A stretch of DNA of 64,000 nucleotides, taken from Pseudomonadota bacterium (GTDB lineage Bacteria > Pseudomonadota > Gammaproteobacteria > Burkholderiales > Ferrovaceae). The translations under genes were made by a program, and so were the position numbers. Of the stretch, positions 1 to 8,511 are shown piece after piece. How positions within the stretch are numbered: position 1 is the stretch's first letter; each line of letters opens with the position of its first letter. The notes under the pieces are model-generated. The model was not told the origin of the DNA and did not search any database. It saw nothing but the letters and a program-made list of their open reading frames with translations. The stretch covers positions 313 through 64,312 of the forward strand of contig JAGWIJ010000004.1 in the NCBI GenBank assembly GCA_028873535.1. The letters run 5' to 3'.

Positions 1-264
1 CCAAAATGAAACATCAACCCGCCCTGATGTAACGTCATTTTGAATTTCGATTTAAATTTTTACGGGGTTGCGTCGTTAGCGATTACGGTTAAGCGCTTAC
101 AGCCTATTTGCTGTTGCAGCCTTAGTCTGCATAGCGCGGCAAGAAGGGGTCCGGTGACCGCGACCTTGCTCGCGACCAGGAGCTGCGCGCTGCTGATCGC
201 TGCTGTGACCGTCCCGATTCCCTTGGGGGGGATCGAACTTCCGACTGATTTCAAGGAGAAGTTG

Positions 265-3200
265 ATGCAACACCTGGCCTATCCAGGCACACGAAAGTGG
301 CCGATGATTGCCGCTGCCGTTGCTGCCGTGCTGTTCACGGACGTCAATGTATTTGCCGGGCCGGGTATTGCGCCGGTCTACAGCAAGAACGCCGCGCCGC
401 CGCCCGCTGCACCTGATATCGCGGCGCCGACCTACTTCGCCAACAGCCCGCTGGGTCTGCGCCCCGACCTGATCGGCGGCGCCGGCGCGCCTGGAATCAA
501 CACCGGCGTGGCCATGCGCAAGTTCGTCGATACCCTGCCGGGTGTCGCCGGCTGGGCGCCGACCACCACCATCGGCACCGGCAACATCGGCGGTGTCGCG
601 CCCAAGTACATCCCGGTGGCCGTGCCCAAGACCTGGCCGGCCGACGGCGCCGACTACTACCATCTGGCCATCGTCGAAGCCAGCGAACCCCTGCATACCG
701 ACCTGCCCAAGGCCACCACGCTGCGCCTGTACGTGCAGATCGAGGAGCCGGGCGAGACACCGACGCCAGCCGGCTCGCTGCACGTGCCGCTGTACTACCC
801 GAACGGCACCGCAATCACCCTGCCGGATGGCAATGGCGTCCAGCAGCCGGTGTACGGCTACGACACGCCGCACTACGACGGTCCGATCGTGACCAGCACG
901 CGCAACAAGCCGGTGCGCATCAAGTACTCCAACCTGCTGCCGATCGGCGGTGCGCTCGATGTCTTCGGCAACGGCGTCCCGGGCCGCAACGGCGACCTGT
1001 TCCTGCCGGTCGACGCCACCCTGCCGGGCGGCGCACTGCAGCAGAACCGCGTCGACATCCATCTGCACGGCGGCGTGACGCCCTGGATTTCGGACGGCAA
1101 CCCGCACCAGTGGACCATCCCGGTGGGTGACCCGCGCTTCGGCCTGGTGACCCAGGCGGCCATCACCAATGCCGGCGGCGGCTACAGTGCTGCCCCGGTG
1201 GTGGCCATCGATGCGCCGCAGTCGGTGGCGGTGGCCACGGCCACGGTCGGCTCGACCGCCACTGCGGTCGGCGCCGTGACGGCGCTCAATGTCAGCAATG
1301 CCGGCGCGTTCTACACCGCGGCCACGCCGCCCGCCGTGACGCTGGCGGCGCCGCCCGGACTGGCTGCCGGCGCTGCCGCGCCGGTGGCGGCCTCGGCGAC
1401 TGCCACGGTTGCCAGCGGCAAGGTCGCGACCATCAGCGTGCCCGCTGGTGGTGGTGGCATCGGTTACCCGATCGCGCCGACGCCGGTGGTGTCGGCGCCG
1501 ACGCCGTCCGTCAATGCCACAGCCACTGCCACCCTGGGCGTGGCTGGTGCCAAAGGCGCCACGGTCACGGGCCTGGTACTCGGCGTCGCCACCCCCAACG
1601 TCGGCTACGCCACCGCTCCGGCGGTGAGCATCGGCGCGCCGGCACCCGCGGTCGCGGCCCGCCCGGCGCTCGCCGTGGTGGCCAGCAATGGCAGCCTGAG
1701 CCTCAGCAATCCGGCCAACTTCGGCTATTGGACGGCCCCGGCCGCGCCTGCGCTGCCGGCCCCGAACGCCGCCGTGAATGCCACCGTGACCGGTGCCACG
1801 TTGTCGGTCAATGCCGTCACCGGCAGCCCGCAGCTGGCCACCATCACCGGCCTCAATGCGGCCAACTTCGGCTACTGGCCGGGCACCAACCCGGTCGTGA
1901 CCATTGCCGCGCCGGCGTACACGCCGACCCAGGCCAAGGTCACCAACAATCTCAAGATTTCGACCACGCGCGGCGCCGCCACCGGCACCGTGCTGGCCAG
2001 CGCCGGCAACGCCGGCTACTGGCTGAGGGTGCCGAGCAGCAATGCCAGCAGCGTGGTCAGCGTGTCGGCGCCGCCGGCCAATGTGCAAGCCAACGGCACG
2101 GCCACCGTCGGCCCCAACGGCACCATCACCGCGATCACCCTCGGTGCTGCAGGTCAGGGCTACTTCTCCGGCGCCGGCACCGTCACTGCCACCCTGCCGG
2201 CTCCGGCTGCCGCTGTCACCGCCACGGCCAGCGCCACGCTGAATGCCGGTTCGCTGACCCTCGCGGTCGGCAATGCCGCCACCAACTGGGGCTATTTCAC
2301 GGCACCGCTGGTGACCCTGAGCGGCGGTACCCATGGCGCCGGCACCATCACCGCCACGGCCACCGTGAGCAATGGTCGGGTCACCGCGATCACCTACACC
2401 GGCACCGCCGTCTGGTCGGCGGCGCCGACCGTCAGCATCGCTGCGGCACCCGCCTCGGCCGCAGCCCGGATCAGCGTGATCGCTGCCACCGGCAGCGTTC
2501 CGGCCGTCAGCACCGCCGCCGCGCCGACCGGCAGCTACACCCGTCTGCTCAGCGCCGGCGCCGGCTACGCGCCGAACACCACCATTCCCATCACCTTCAG
2601 CGCACCCAACATCGTTCCGGCAAACGCGGTGGTCACCCCGACCATCGGCACCGGCATCAACGCCGGCCGCATCATCGGACTGGTGCTGAGCGGCGGCGGC
2701 GCGGGCTACGTGACCCCGCCGGTGGTGAGCATCGTCGCGCCGGTTGCCAACCAGACCGCCAGCGCGGCGCTGGTCATGAGCAATGGCAAGATCACCGGCT
2801 TCACCATCAGCGGCGGCGCCAACTACACCACGGCGCCCAAGGTGACGATCAGCGCTGCGACCAAGGGTACCCAGGCCACCTTGACCGCCACGGTCGACGG
2901 GCTGGGCCACCTGAGCTATGCCCTGGCCAACCCGGGCACCGGCTATGCCACGGCACCTGCGCTGGCAGCACCGGCGCCGGTGGCCAGCGTGACGGCAACG
3001 GCCACGGCCAGCGTCAACGCCAGCGGCAGCGTGACCGGCTTCACGGTGACCAACGCCGGCACCAACTACGTGCCGGGCAGCGTGCCGACGGTGACCGTTG
3101 GCAACGCCACGCTGGCCGTGCCGGCCACCGCCACGGCCACCCTCAACCCTGCCACCGGTTCAGTCACCGGCTACACGGTGACCAATGCCGGCTTCGGCTA

Positions 3201-6200
3201 CTGGACGCCACCAACGGTGACGCTGGCGGCCCCGCCGACGCCGATCCAGGCCACCGCCACCGCCAATGTGGCGGCTGACGGCAGCATCGGCGGCTTCACC
3301 ATCACCAACCCGGGCCAGGGCTACACCCTGCCGCCCAGCGTGACCGTGGCCTGGCCCGCGGTGGCAGTGCAGGCCACGGCCAGCGCCACCACCACCGCAG
3401 GCGCCCTGTCCAGCGTGGCCATCACCAACCCCGGCGGCGGCTACACCGCGACGCCCGGCTTCACCATCACCGATGTGAGCGGCAAGGGCGGCATCATCAA
3501 CGGCCTCGTCAGCACGCCGGTCGGGCCGAGCTTCCGCAATGTGCCGGACATGGTCGGCAATCTGGCCGCCGCGCAGGCGCCGGCGTTCTACGTGCCGCCG
3601 GCGACGGGTGAGGGCACGCTGTACTACACGAATCAGCAGACCGGCCGGATCATGTGGTACCACGACCATACCTCGGCGATGACGCGTCTCAACGTCTATG
3701 CCGGCCTGGCCGCACCGTATCTGATCCAGGATCCGGCCATCGATCCCGTGCTGCCGAACGCCGTTCCGGCGGCAGGCGCGCCGGCGCCGGCACTGCAGGG
3801 GCTGGTGCCCGCGGAAACCATCCCGCTGATCTTCCAGGACAAGACCTTCGTGCCGCAGGACATCAACCTGCAGGATGCCTACTGGGACCAGGCGCACTGG
3901 GGCAGCTACGGCGACCTGTGGTTCCCGCATGTCTACGAGACCAACCAGAATCCCTCCTTCCTGCGTAACCTGTCCAACCTGGGGCGCTGGGACTGGGGTC
4001 CCTGGTTCGCGATCGTCTACCCGGCGCAGTACGCGCTGCCGACCGGCCAGTATGGCGACGTGACCACCACGCCGGAAGCCTACCAGGACACCATCGTGGT
4101 CAATGGTGCGGCCTTCCCGACCATCACGGTCGAGCCGCGCGCCTATCGCCTGCGCATGCTCAATGCCGCCAACGACCGTTTCATGAACATCGGCTTCTAC
4201 CTGGCCGATCCGGCCCAGGTGTCGGCGGATGGACGTGCCAACACCGAGGTCAAGACCGGTCCGGCCGGAACCGCGCAGCCGGGGACGGTGGCGGGCGCTG
4301 CGCCCAACGTGTTCCAGTCCAGCGCCACCAGCCAGGCCTATACGCCGTGGCCGAGCGATGGCCGCACGGTGCCAATGCCGACCGAAATGGGTCCGCCGAT
4401 GTTCCAGTTCGCCAACGAAGGCGGCCTGCTGCCCAACTGGGTGGAAGCGGATCCGGTTCCGGTCAGCTTCGACTACAACCGGCGCAGCGTCACCGTGCTG
4501 AACGTGTCGCAGAACAACGACTTCACCCAGTTGTGCTACCCCGAGTGCCACGGCATGTACCTGGGGCCGGCCGAGCGTGCCGACGTGGTGGTCGACTTCT
4601 CGCACTACGCGGGCAAGACGCTGATCCTGTACAACGACGCGCCGGCACCCAACCCTGGCTACGATTCGCGCATCGACTACTACACCAACGACGACCCGGT
4701 CTATCCTGGCACCATCAACTACGCCAATGGTGGCGCACCGAACACGGCGACCGGTTTCGGTCCCAACACGCGCACCATGATGCAGGTGGTGGTTGGCACG
4801 GTGCAGAACGCGGCGGGTAGCCATCCGATCGACTACACGGCGGCCATCAGCCCCACGCCGGCGACCTATATCGATCCGGTCACCGGTGTGCAGAGCGCCC
4901 TGCAAGCCTGGGATCCGAACGCCCTCGGCGCCGGCAAGGTGCTGGGCACGCTCACCACCACGGCACGCGGCCCCCTGCAGACCCTGTATGCGGCTACCCA
5001 GGCGGCGCCGATCGTCGGCGAGTCGGCGTACAACAACGCGCTCAACCAGAGCTATGTCGACCAGTACGGCGGCATGCACCTGGCCTCGGCGGACCAGCCG
5101 GTGTTCTATGTCACCGATCCGGGCCCGCTGACCCTGACCGGCGTGACCCTGGTCGGCACCACGGCCAACGTCAATCCCTCGGGCGTGGCGACCAACGGCA
5201 GCAACCCGAACAACGGCAAGGGTGTCGGTACCGGCTACACGGTCGCGCCGACCGTGGTGCTGTCGCCGCCCAACTGCGTGGCGGGTCCGACCTGCGTGCA
5301 GGCCACCGCCACGGCCACGGTGGCCAACGGCCAGGTGACCGGTGTGACGCTGAACAACGTCGGTGCCGGCTATACCGAGGTGCCGTTCGTGAACTTCGTG
5401 TCGAGCGGCAACCTGACCACCATCTCGGTCAGCAACGGCGGTGCCGGCTACAGCCCGGCCAGCCCGCCCACGGTGACCCTGACCGGTGGCGGCGCCGGTG
5501 CGGCCGGCACGCCGCCGGCGGTCCCGGCCACTGCGGTGGCCACGGTGAGTGCAGCCGGCGTCGTGACCGGCATCACCATCGTCACGCCGGGCTCCGGCTA
5601 CGCCGTGGCGCCCACGGTCACCATTGCCGCGCCCAGCGTCGGCACGGGTGCCAGCGCCAGCGCGGCGCTCAGCGCCACCGGCACGGTGGCGGGTCTGACC
5701 CTGGGCGCCGGCGGCACCGGCTACACGGTGGTGCCGGCGGTGTCGATCCAGGCGCCGGCTGCCTCGGTACCGGCGGCAGCAAGCGCCGCGGTGCCGGTGG
5801 CCGGTGGCGGCATCACGCTGACCACCACCTCGGTGGGCACCAACTACAGCGTGGCGCCCAACGTCACCATCAGCGCACCGCCCAGCGCGACTGCGACCGC
5901 GACCGACACCACCACCTTCCCGGGTTATGGCGCCGGCACCTACGCAGGCCTGGTGCTCAATGCCATCACCGTGACGGGCGGTGGCGCCGGCTATGCGGCC
6001 GCACCTGCCGTGACCATCACCGACCTCGGCGCGACCGGGACCGGTGCTGCCGCCACGGCGACGGTCAGCAATGGCGTGGTCACCGGCATCTCGGTGACCG
6101 CAGTGGGCTCCGGCTACAAGGGTCCGCTTGCGATCAGCGTCGCTCCGCCTGCCGGCCCCTTCACCCCGGCAACGGCGACCGCCACGGTGGTGACCCCCGG

Positions 6201-7572
6201 CGCGGTGCAGCTGACCTTGAGCAATCCGGGTTCGGGCTATGTGGTTGCGCCCAGCGTGACCATCGATCCGCCGCCGGTGGCTACCCAGGCCACGGCCACG
6301 GCCACGGTGGCCAATGGCGCGGTGACCGGACTGACCCTGACCGGCGCCGGCAGCGGCTACACCACGCCGCCGCAGGTGACCCTCAGCAATCCGGCGGCGA
6401 CCAACGCCACGGCCATCGCAGCCGTGACGGGTGGTGGCTACGGCGCGGAAGCCGTCGCTGTGGCGTCCACCACCAAGGTGTTCGCCGTGCCGACGACGGC
6501 GCCGCAGGCGGCCAATTCGGTGCCCTTCACGCTGCCGGCCCTGCCGCCGGGCGGTGTGGTCGGACGCCTGATGAACCCGGCGATCCAGGAACTCTTCGAG
6601 CCCTACTACGGCCGCATGAACGCGACCCTGGGTATCGAGATGCCCTACCAGTCGCTGGCCGTCCAGACCACCGTGCCGCTGAACTTCGTCGACCCGGATA
6701 CCGAGACGATGGAGCCCAATACCGTGCAGATGTGGAAGATCACCCACAACGGCGTGGACGCACATCCGGTGCATTTCCATCTGGTCAACGTGCAGGTGGT
6801 GAACCGGGTGGGTTGGGACGGTACCGTCAAGCCGCCTGAGGACAACGAGATCGGCTGGAAGGAAACGGTCAAGATGAACCCGCTGGAGGATGTCATCGTG
6901 GCGATGAAGGCGGTGCTGCCGCAGGTGCCGTTCGGCGTGGACCATAGCGTCCGCCTGGACGATCCCTCGCAACCGCTGGGCGTGCCGGGTGGCTTCACCC
7001 AGTTCTCGACCCTGGGCCTGAACGGCCAGATCGGGGCGGGTGCCGCAGCGGTCTATCCGCCCAGCATGGTGCCGGTCGCCACGGCCGCAGCGCCGGGCAT
7101 CGGCCAGCCAGCCACCATCGTCAACTCGATCGAGAACTACGACAACGAGTACATCTGGCACTGCCACATCCTGGGGCATGAAGAGAACGACTTCATGCGG
7201 CCGTTCGTGTTCACCACCAGCCCGACGGTGCCTGCTGCCGCGACGGTGACGGCGGTGGGCCAGGCTGCCGCCGCAGGCGCGATCACGGTCAGTTGGACCG
7301 ACCCGACGCCGACCGGTGCCCAGGCCAGCGTGCCGGCAACCTACGGCAATCCGGCCAACGAGCTGGGCTTCCTGCTGCAGCGTTCGACCAGCCCCAACGG
7401 ACCCTGGTTGACGGTGGCGAAGGCGCCTGCCAATGCGGTCAGCGCGGTCGACCCGCAGTACAGCCCGACCACCGCCGGAACGCAGTACTACTACCAGGTG
7501 GTGGGCTACAACGTGGCCGGCAACGGCCCGGGCTCCTCGCAGAGCGTCGCGTCGAGCATCGTCGCCAAGTAA
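265..7572 (+). CDS. Giant secreted multicopper oxidase (2,435 aa), MofA-like, with two internal repeat arrays and an Fn3-like C-terminal domain
   Basis: ATG at 265 lies 5 nt after AAGGAG (254-259). The N-terminus MQHLAYPGTRKWPMIAAAVAAVLFTDVNVFA looks like a Sec signal peptide. All four MCO copper motifs occur in canonical order: HLHGG (nt 1060-1074), WYHDH (3655-3669), HPVHFH (6763-6780), HCHILGHEENDFM (7159-7197). The C-terminus ITVSWTDPTP...YYYQVVGYNVAGNG resembles Fn3. Confidence 0.85.
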   Translation: MQHLAYPGTRKWPMIAAAVAAVLFTDVNVFAGPGIAPVYSKNAAPPPAAPDIAAPTYFANSPLGLRPDLIGGAGAPGINTGVAMRKFVDTLPGVAGWAPTTTIGTGNIGGVAPKYIPVAVPKTWPADGADYYHLAIVEASEPLHTDLPKATTLRLYVQIEEPGETPTPAGSLHVPLYYPNGTAITLPDGNGVQQPVYGYDTPHYDGPIVTSTRNKPVRIKYSNLLPIGGALDVFGNGVPGRNGDLFLPVDATLPGGALQQNRVDIHLHGGVTPWISDGNPHQWTIPVGDPRFGLVTQAAITNAGGGYSAAPVVAIDAPQSVAVATATVGSTATAVGAVTALNVSNAGAFYTAATPPAVTLAAPPGLAAGAAAPVAASATATVASGKVATISVPAGGGGIGYPIAPTPVVSAPTPSVNATATATLGVAGAKGATVTGLVLGVATPNVGYATAPAVSIGAPAPAVAARPALAVVASNGSLSLSNPANFGYWTAPAAPALPAPNAAVNATVTGATLSVNAVTGSPQLATITGLNAANFGYWPGTNPVVTIAAPAYTPTQAKVTNNLKISTTRGAATGTVLASAGNAGYWLRVPSSNASSVVSVSAPPANVQANGTATVGPNGTITAITLGAAGQGYFSGAGTVTATLPAPAAAVTATASATLNAGSLTLAVGNAATNWGYFTAPLVTLSGGTHGAGTITATATVSNGRVTAITYTGTAVWSAAPTVSIAAAPASAAARISVIAATGSVPAVSTAAAPTGSYTRLLSAGAGYAPNTTIPITFSAPNIVPANAVVTPTIGTGINAGRIIGLVLSGGGAGYVTPPVVSIVAPVANQTASAALVMSNGKITGFTISGGANYTTAPKVTISAATKGTQATLTATVDGLGHLSYALANPGTGYATAPALAAPAPVASVTATATASVNASGSVTGFTVTNAGTNYVPGSVPTVTVGNATLAVPATATATLNPATGSVTGYTVTNAGFGYWTPPTVTLAAPPTPIQATATANVAADGSIGGFTITNPGQGYTLPPSVTVAWPAVAVQATASATTTAGALSSVAITNPGGGYTATPGFTITDVSGKGGIINGLVSTPVGPSFRNVPDMVGNLAAAQAPAFYVPPATGEGTLYYTNQQTGRIMWYHDHTSAMTRLNVYAGLAAPYLIQDPAIDPVLPNAVPAAGAPAPALQGLVPAETIPLIFQDKTFVPQDINLQDAYWDQAHWGSYGDLWFPHVYETNQNPSFLRNLSNLGRWDWGPWFAIVYPAQYALPTGQYGDVTTTPEAYQDTIVVNGAAFPTITVEPRAYRLRMLNAANDRFMNIGFYLADPAQVSADGRANTEVKTGPAGTAQPGTVAGAAPNVFQSSATSQAYTPWPSDGRTVPMPTEMGPPMFQFANEGGLLPNWVEADPVPVSFDYNRRSVTVLNVSQNNDFTQLCYPECHGMYLGPAERADVVVDFSHYAGKTLILYNDAPAPNPGYDSRIDYYTNDDPVYPGTINYANGGAPNTATGFGPNTRTMMQVVVGTVQNAAGSHPIDYTAAISPTPATYIDPVTGVQSALQAWDPNALGAGKVLGTLTTTARGPLQTLYAATQAAPIVGESAYNNALNQSYVDQYGGMHLASADQPVFYVTDPGPLTLTGVTLVGTTANVNPSGVATNGSNPNNGKGVGTGYTVAPTVVLSPPNCVAGPTCVQATATATVANGQVTGVTLNNVGAGYTEVPFVNFVSSGNLTTISVSNGGAGYSPASPPTVTLTGGGAGAAGTPPAVPATAVATVSAAGVVTGITIVTPGSGYAVAPTVTIAAPSVGTGASASAALSATGTVAGLTLGAGGTGYTVVPAVSIQAPAASVPAAASAAVPVAGGGITLTTTSVGTNYSVAPNVTISAPPSATATATDTTTFPGYGAGTYAGLVLNAITVTGGGAGYAAAPAVTITDLGATGTGAAATATVSNGVVTGISVTAVGSGYKGPLAISVAPPAGPFTPATATATVVTPGAVQLTLSNPGSGYVVAPSVTIDPPPVATQATATATVANGAVTGLTLTGAGSGYTTPPQVTLSNPAATNATAIAAVTGGGYGAEAVAVASTTKVFAVPTTAPQAANSVPFTLPALPPGGVVGRLMNPAIQELFEPYYGRMNATLGIEMPYQSLAVQTTVPLNFVDPDTETMEPNTVQMWKITHNGVDAHPVHFHLVNVQVVNRVGWDGTVKPPEDNEIGWKETVKMNPLEDVIVAMKAVLPQVPFGVDHSVRLDDPSQPLGVPGGFTQFSTLGLNGQIGAGAAAVYPPSMVPVATAAAPGIGQPATIVNSIENYDNEYIWHCHILGHEENDFMRPFVFTTSPTVPAAATVTAVGQAAAAGAITVSWTDPTPTGAQASVPATYGNPANELGFLLQRSTSPNGPWLTVAKAPANAVSAVDPQYSPTTAGTQYYYQVVGYNVAGNGPGSSQSVASSIVAK
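1150..3480 (+). repeat. Coding repeat array 1 inside the MCO: about 18 degenerate modules with core N-x-G-x-G-Y-x3-P-x-V-[TS]-[IL]-x2-P
   Basis: Counted by eye in the translation, e.g. ITNAGGGYSAAPVVAIDAP, LSNPANFGYWTAPAAP, VLSGGGAGYVTPPVVSIVAP, VTNAGFGYWTPPTVTLAAP, ITNPGQGYTLPPSVTVAWP, ITNPGGGYTATPGFTITD. The array lies between copper motif 1 and motif 2. Boundaries are approximate. Confidence 0.75.
5210..6470 (+). repeat. Coding repeat array 2 inside the MCO: about 10 modules of the same type
   Basis: Examples: GVGTGYTVAPTVVLSPP, LNNVGAGYTEVPFVNF, VSNGGAGYSPASPPTVTL, IVTPGSGYAVAPTVTIAAP, LGAGGTGYTVVPAVSIQAP, LSNPGSGYVVAPSVTIDPP, LTGAGSGYTTPPQVTLSNP. Modules are often preceded by ATATATV-x-NG-x-VTG. 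The array lies between the second and third cupredoxin domains. Boundaries are approximate. Confidence 0.75.
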
Positions 7573-7588
7573 TCGTCGCAGGCAGTAC

Positions 7589-7615
7589 GGCAGGGCTCGC
7601 CGCCTGAGCCCTGCC
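7589..7615 (+). terminator. GC-rich hairpin 17 nt after the MCO stop (possible attenuator or partial terminator, no T-tract)
   Basis: GGCAGGGCTC-gccgcct-GAGCCCTGCC forms a 10-bp perfect stem. Two further hairpins follow at 7631-7644 (GGACC-GCAA-GGTCC) and 7692-7709 (GCGGCGCC-ca-GGCGCCGC). Confidence 0.35.
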
Positions 7616-7753
7616 GGCAGCACCCGGACTGGACCGCAAGGTCCGGTCGCCGCACCGGGCGGCGAGTCCTTCCCGGCCCCGAATATCCGGGGCGGCGCCC
7701 AGGCGCCGCTCCATCCCCGCTTCCTGCCTCACTTGTTCCGGAGTTGCACGTTC

Positions 7754-8500
7754 ATGAAAGCATTGCTCAGAATGTCCTTGCTCGTGGCCTGCCTGAATGC
7801 CGCGCTGGCCTGTGCTGCGGATGCCACGGCCACCCCGGCGGCCGCGCCTGCCAGCGCCGGCACGCCGGCCTTCACCAGCCAGAAGGACCGCATCAGCTAC
7901 GCCGTGGGCGTCTCCACCGGCCGCGCCCTGCGCACGGCCGACGGCGCCGAAGTCAATCTGGACAGTCTGGTGCGCGGACTGCGCGATGCGCTCGAAGGGC
8001 GCAAGCTGCAGATCCCGGACCGCCAACTGTCCGAATTGATGGGCGAGTTCCAGCAGACCCTGCGCCAGAAGATGGCGGCCTCGCGCGGCCACGCCATCAT
8101 CGAGAATCGCGCTGCTGCCGAGGCCTTCCTGGCCCAGAACAAGGTCAAGGAAGGCGTGGTCACGCTGGAAAGCGGCGTGCAGTACCGCATCCTGGCGACC
8201 GGCCAGGGCCCGATGCCGCAGGAGTCCGACGAGGTGCTGGCCAAGTACCACGGCGCCCTCCTGAACGGACAGGAGTTCGACGCCACCGAAGAAGGCCATC
8301 CGGCACGCATGCGCGTGTCGCAGCTGATCCCGGGCTGGCGCGACGCGCTCAAGCACATGCCGGTCGGGTCGCACTGGCAGATTTTCGTGCCGCCCCAGCT
8401 CGCCTACGGTGAGCGCGGCGTTGGCGCCGAGATCGGCCCCAACGAATTGCTGGTGTTCGACGTCGAACTGCTGTCGGCCAAGCCGGCCGCGCTCGACTGA
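7754..8500 (+). CDS. Periplasmic FKBP-type peptidyl-prolyl cis-trans isomerase (Mip/FkpA-like; MofB-like position)
   Basis: ATG at 7754. Signal peptide MKALLRMSLLVACLNAALACAADA. The FKBP C-domain shows GVQYRILATGQG...VLAKYHGALLNGQEFD...QLIPGWRDAL..MPVGSHWQIFVPPQLAYGERG...IGPNELLVFDVELL. Confidence 0.85.
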   Translation: MKALLRMSLLVACLNAALACAADATATPAAAPASAGTPAFTSQKDRISYAVGVSTGRALRTADGAEVNLDSLVRGLRDALEGRKLQIPDRQLSELMGEFQQTLRQKMAASRGHAIIENRAAAEAFLAQNKVKEGVVTLESGVQYRILATGQGPMPQESDEVLAKYHGALLNGQEFDATEEGHPARMRVSQLIPGWRDALKHMPVGSHWQIFVPPQLAYGERGVGAEIGPNELLVFDVELLSAKPAALD

Positions 8501-8511
8501 GTTCGCAGCCG

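Noticed and set aside
40-264. A 75-codon N-terminal extension of the MCO ORF, starting at ATG 40.
   Set aside because: The extension has no RBS, starts in the AT-rich promoter-like region, and would bury the signal peptide. ATG 265 has AAGGAG at ideal spacing and is followed directly by a signal-peptide-like sequence.
1150-6470. The repetitive DNA might be a CRISPR array, a minisatellite or a mobile-element remnant.
   Set aside because: The repeats are in-frame protein modules of variable length with diverged nucleotide sequence. There are no identical direct repeats with unique spacers, and no transposase or terminal inverted repeats.
97-7623. Two very long minus-strand ORFs (97-2910, 937 aa; 3160-7623, 1,487 aa) antisense to the multicopper oxidase gene.
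   Set aside because: Their translations are Arg/Gly/Ala/His-rich low-complexity strings with no motifs. The plus strand carries a signal peptide and four ordered copper motifs. Long antisense ORFs are expected in very GC-rich coding DNA.
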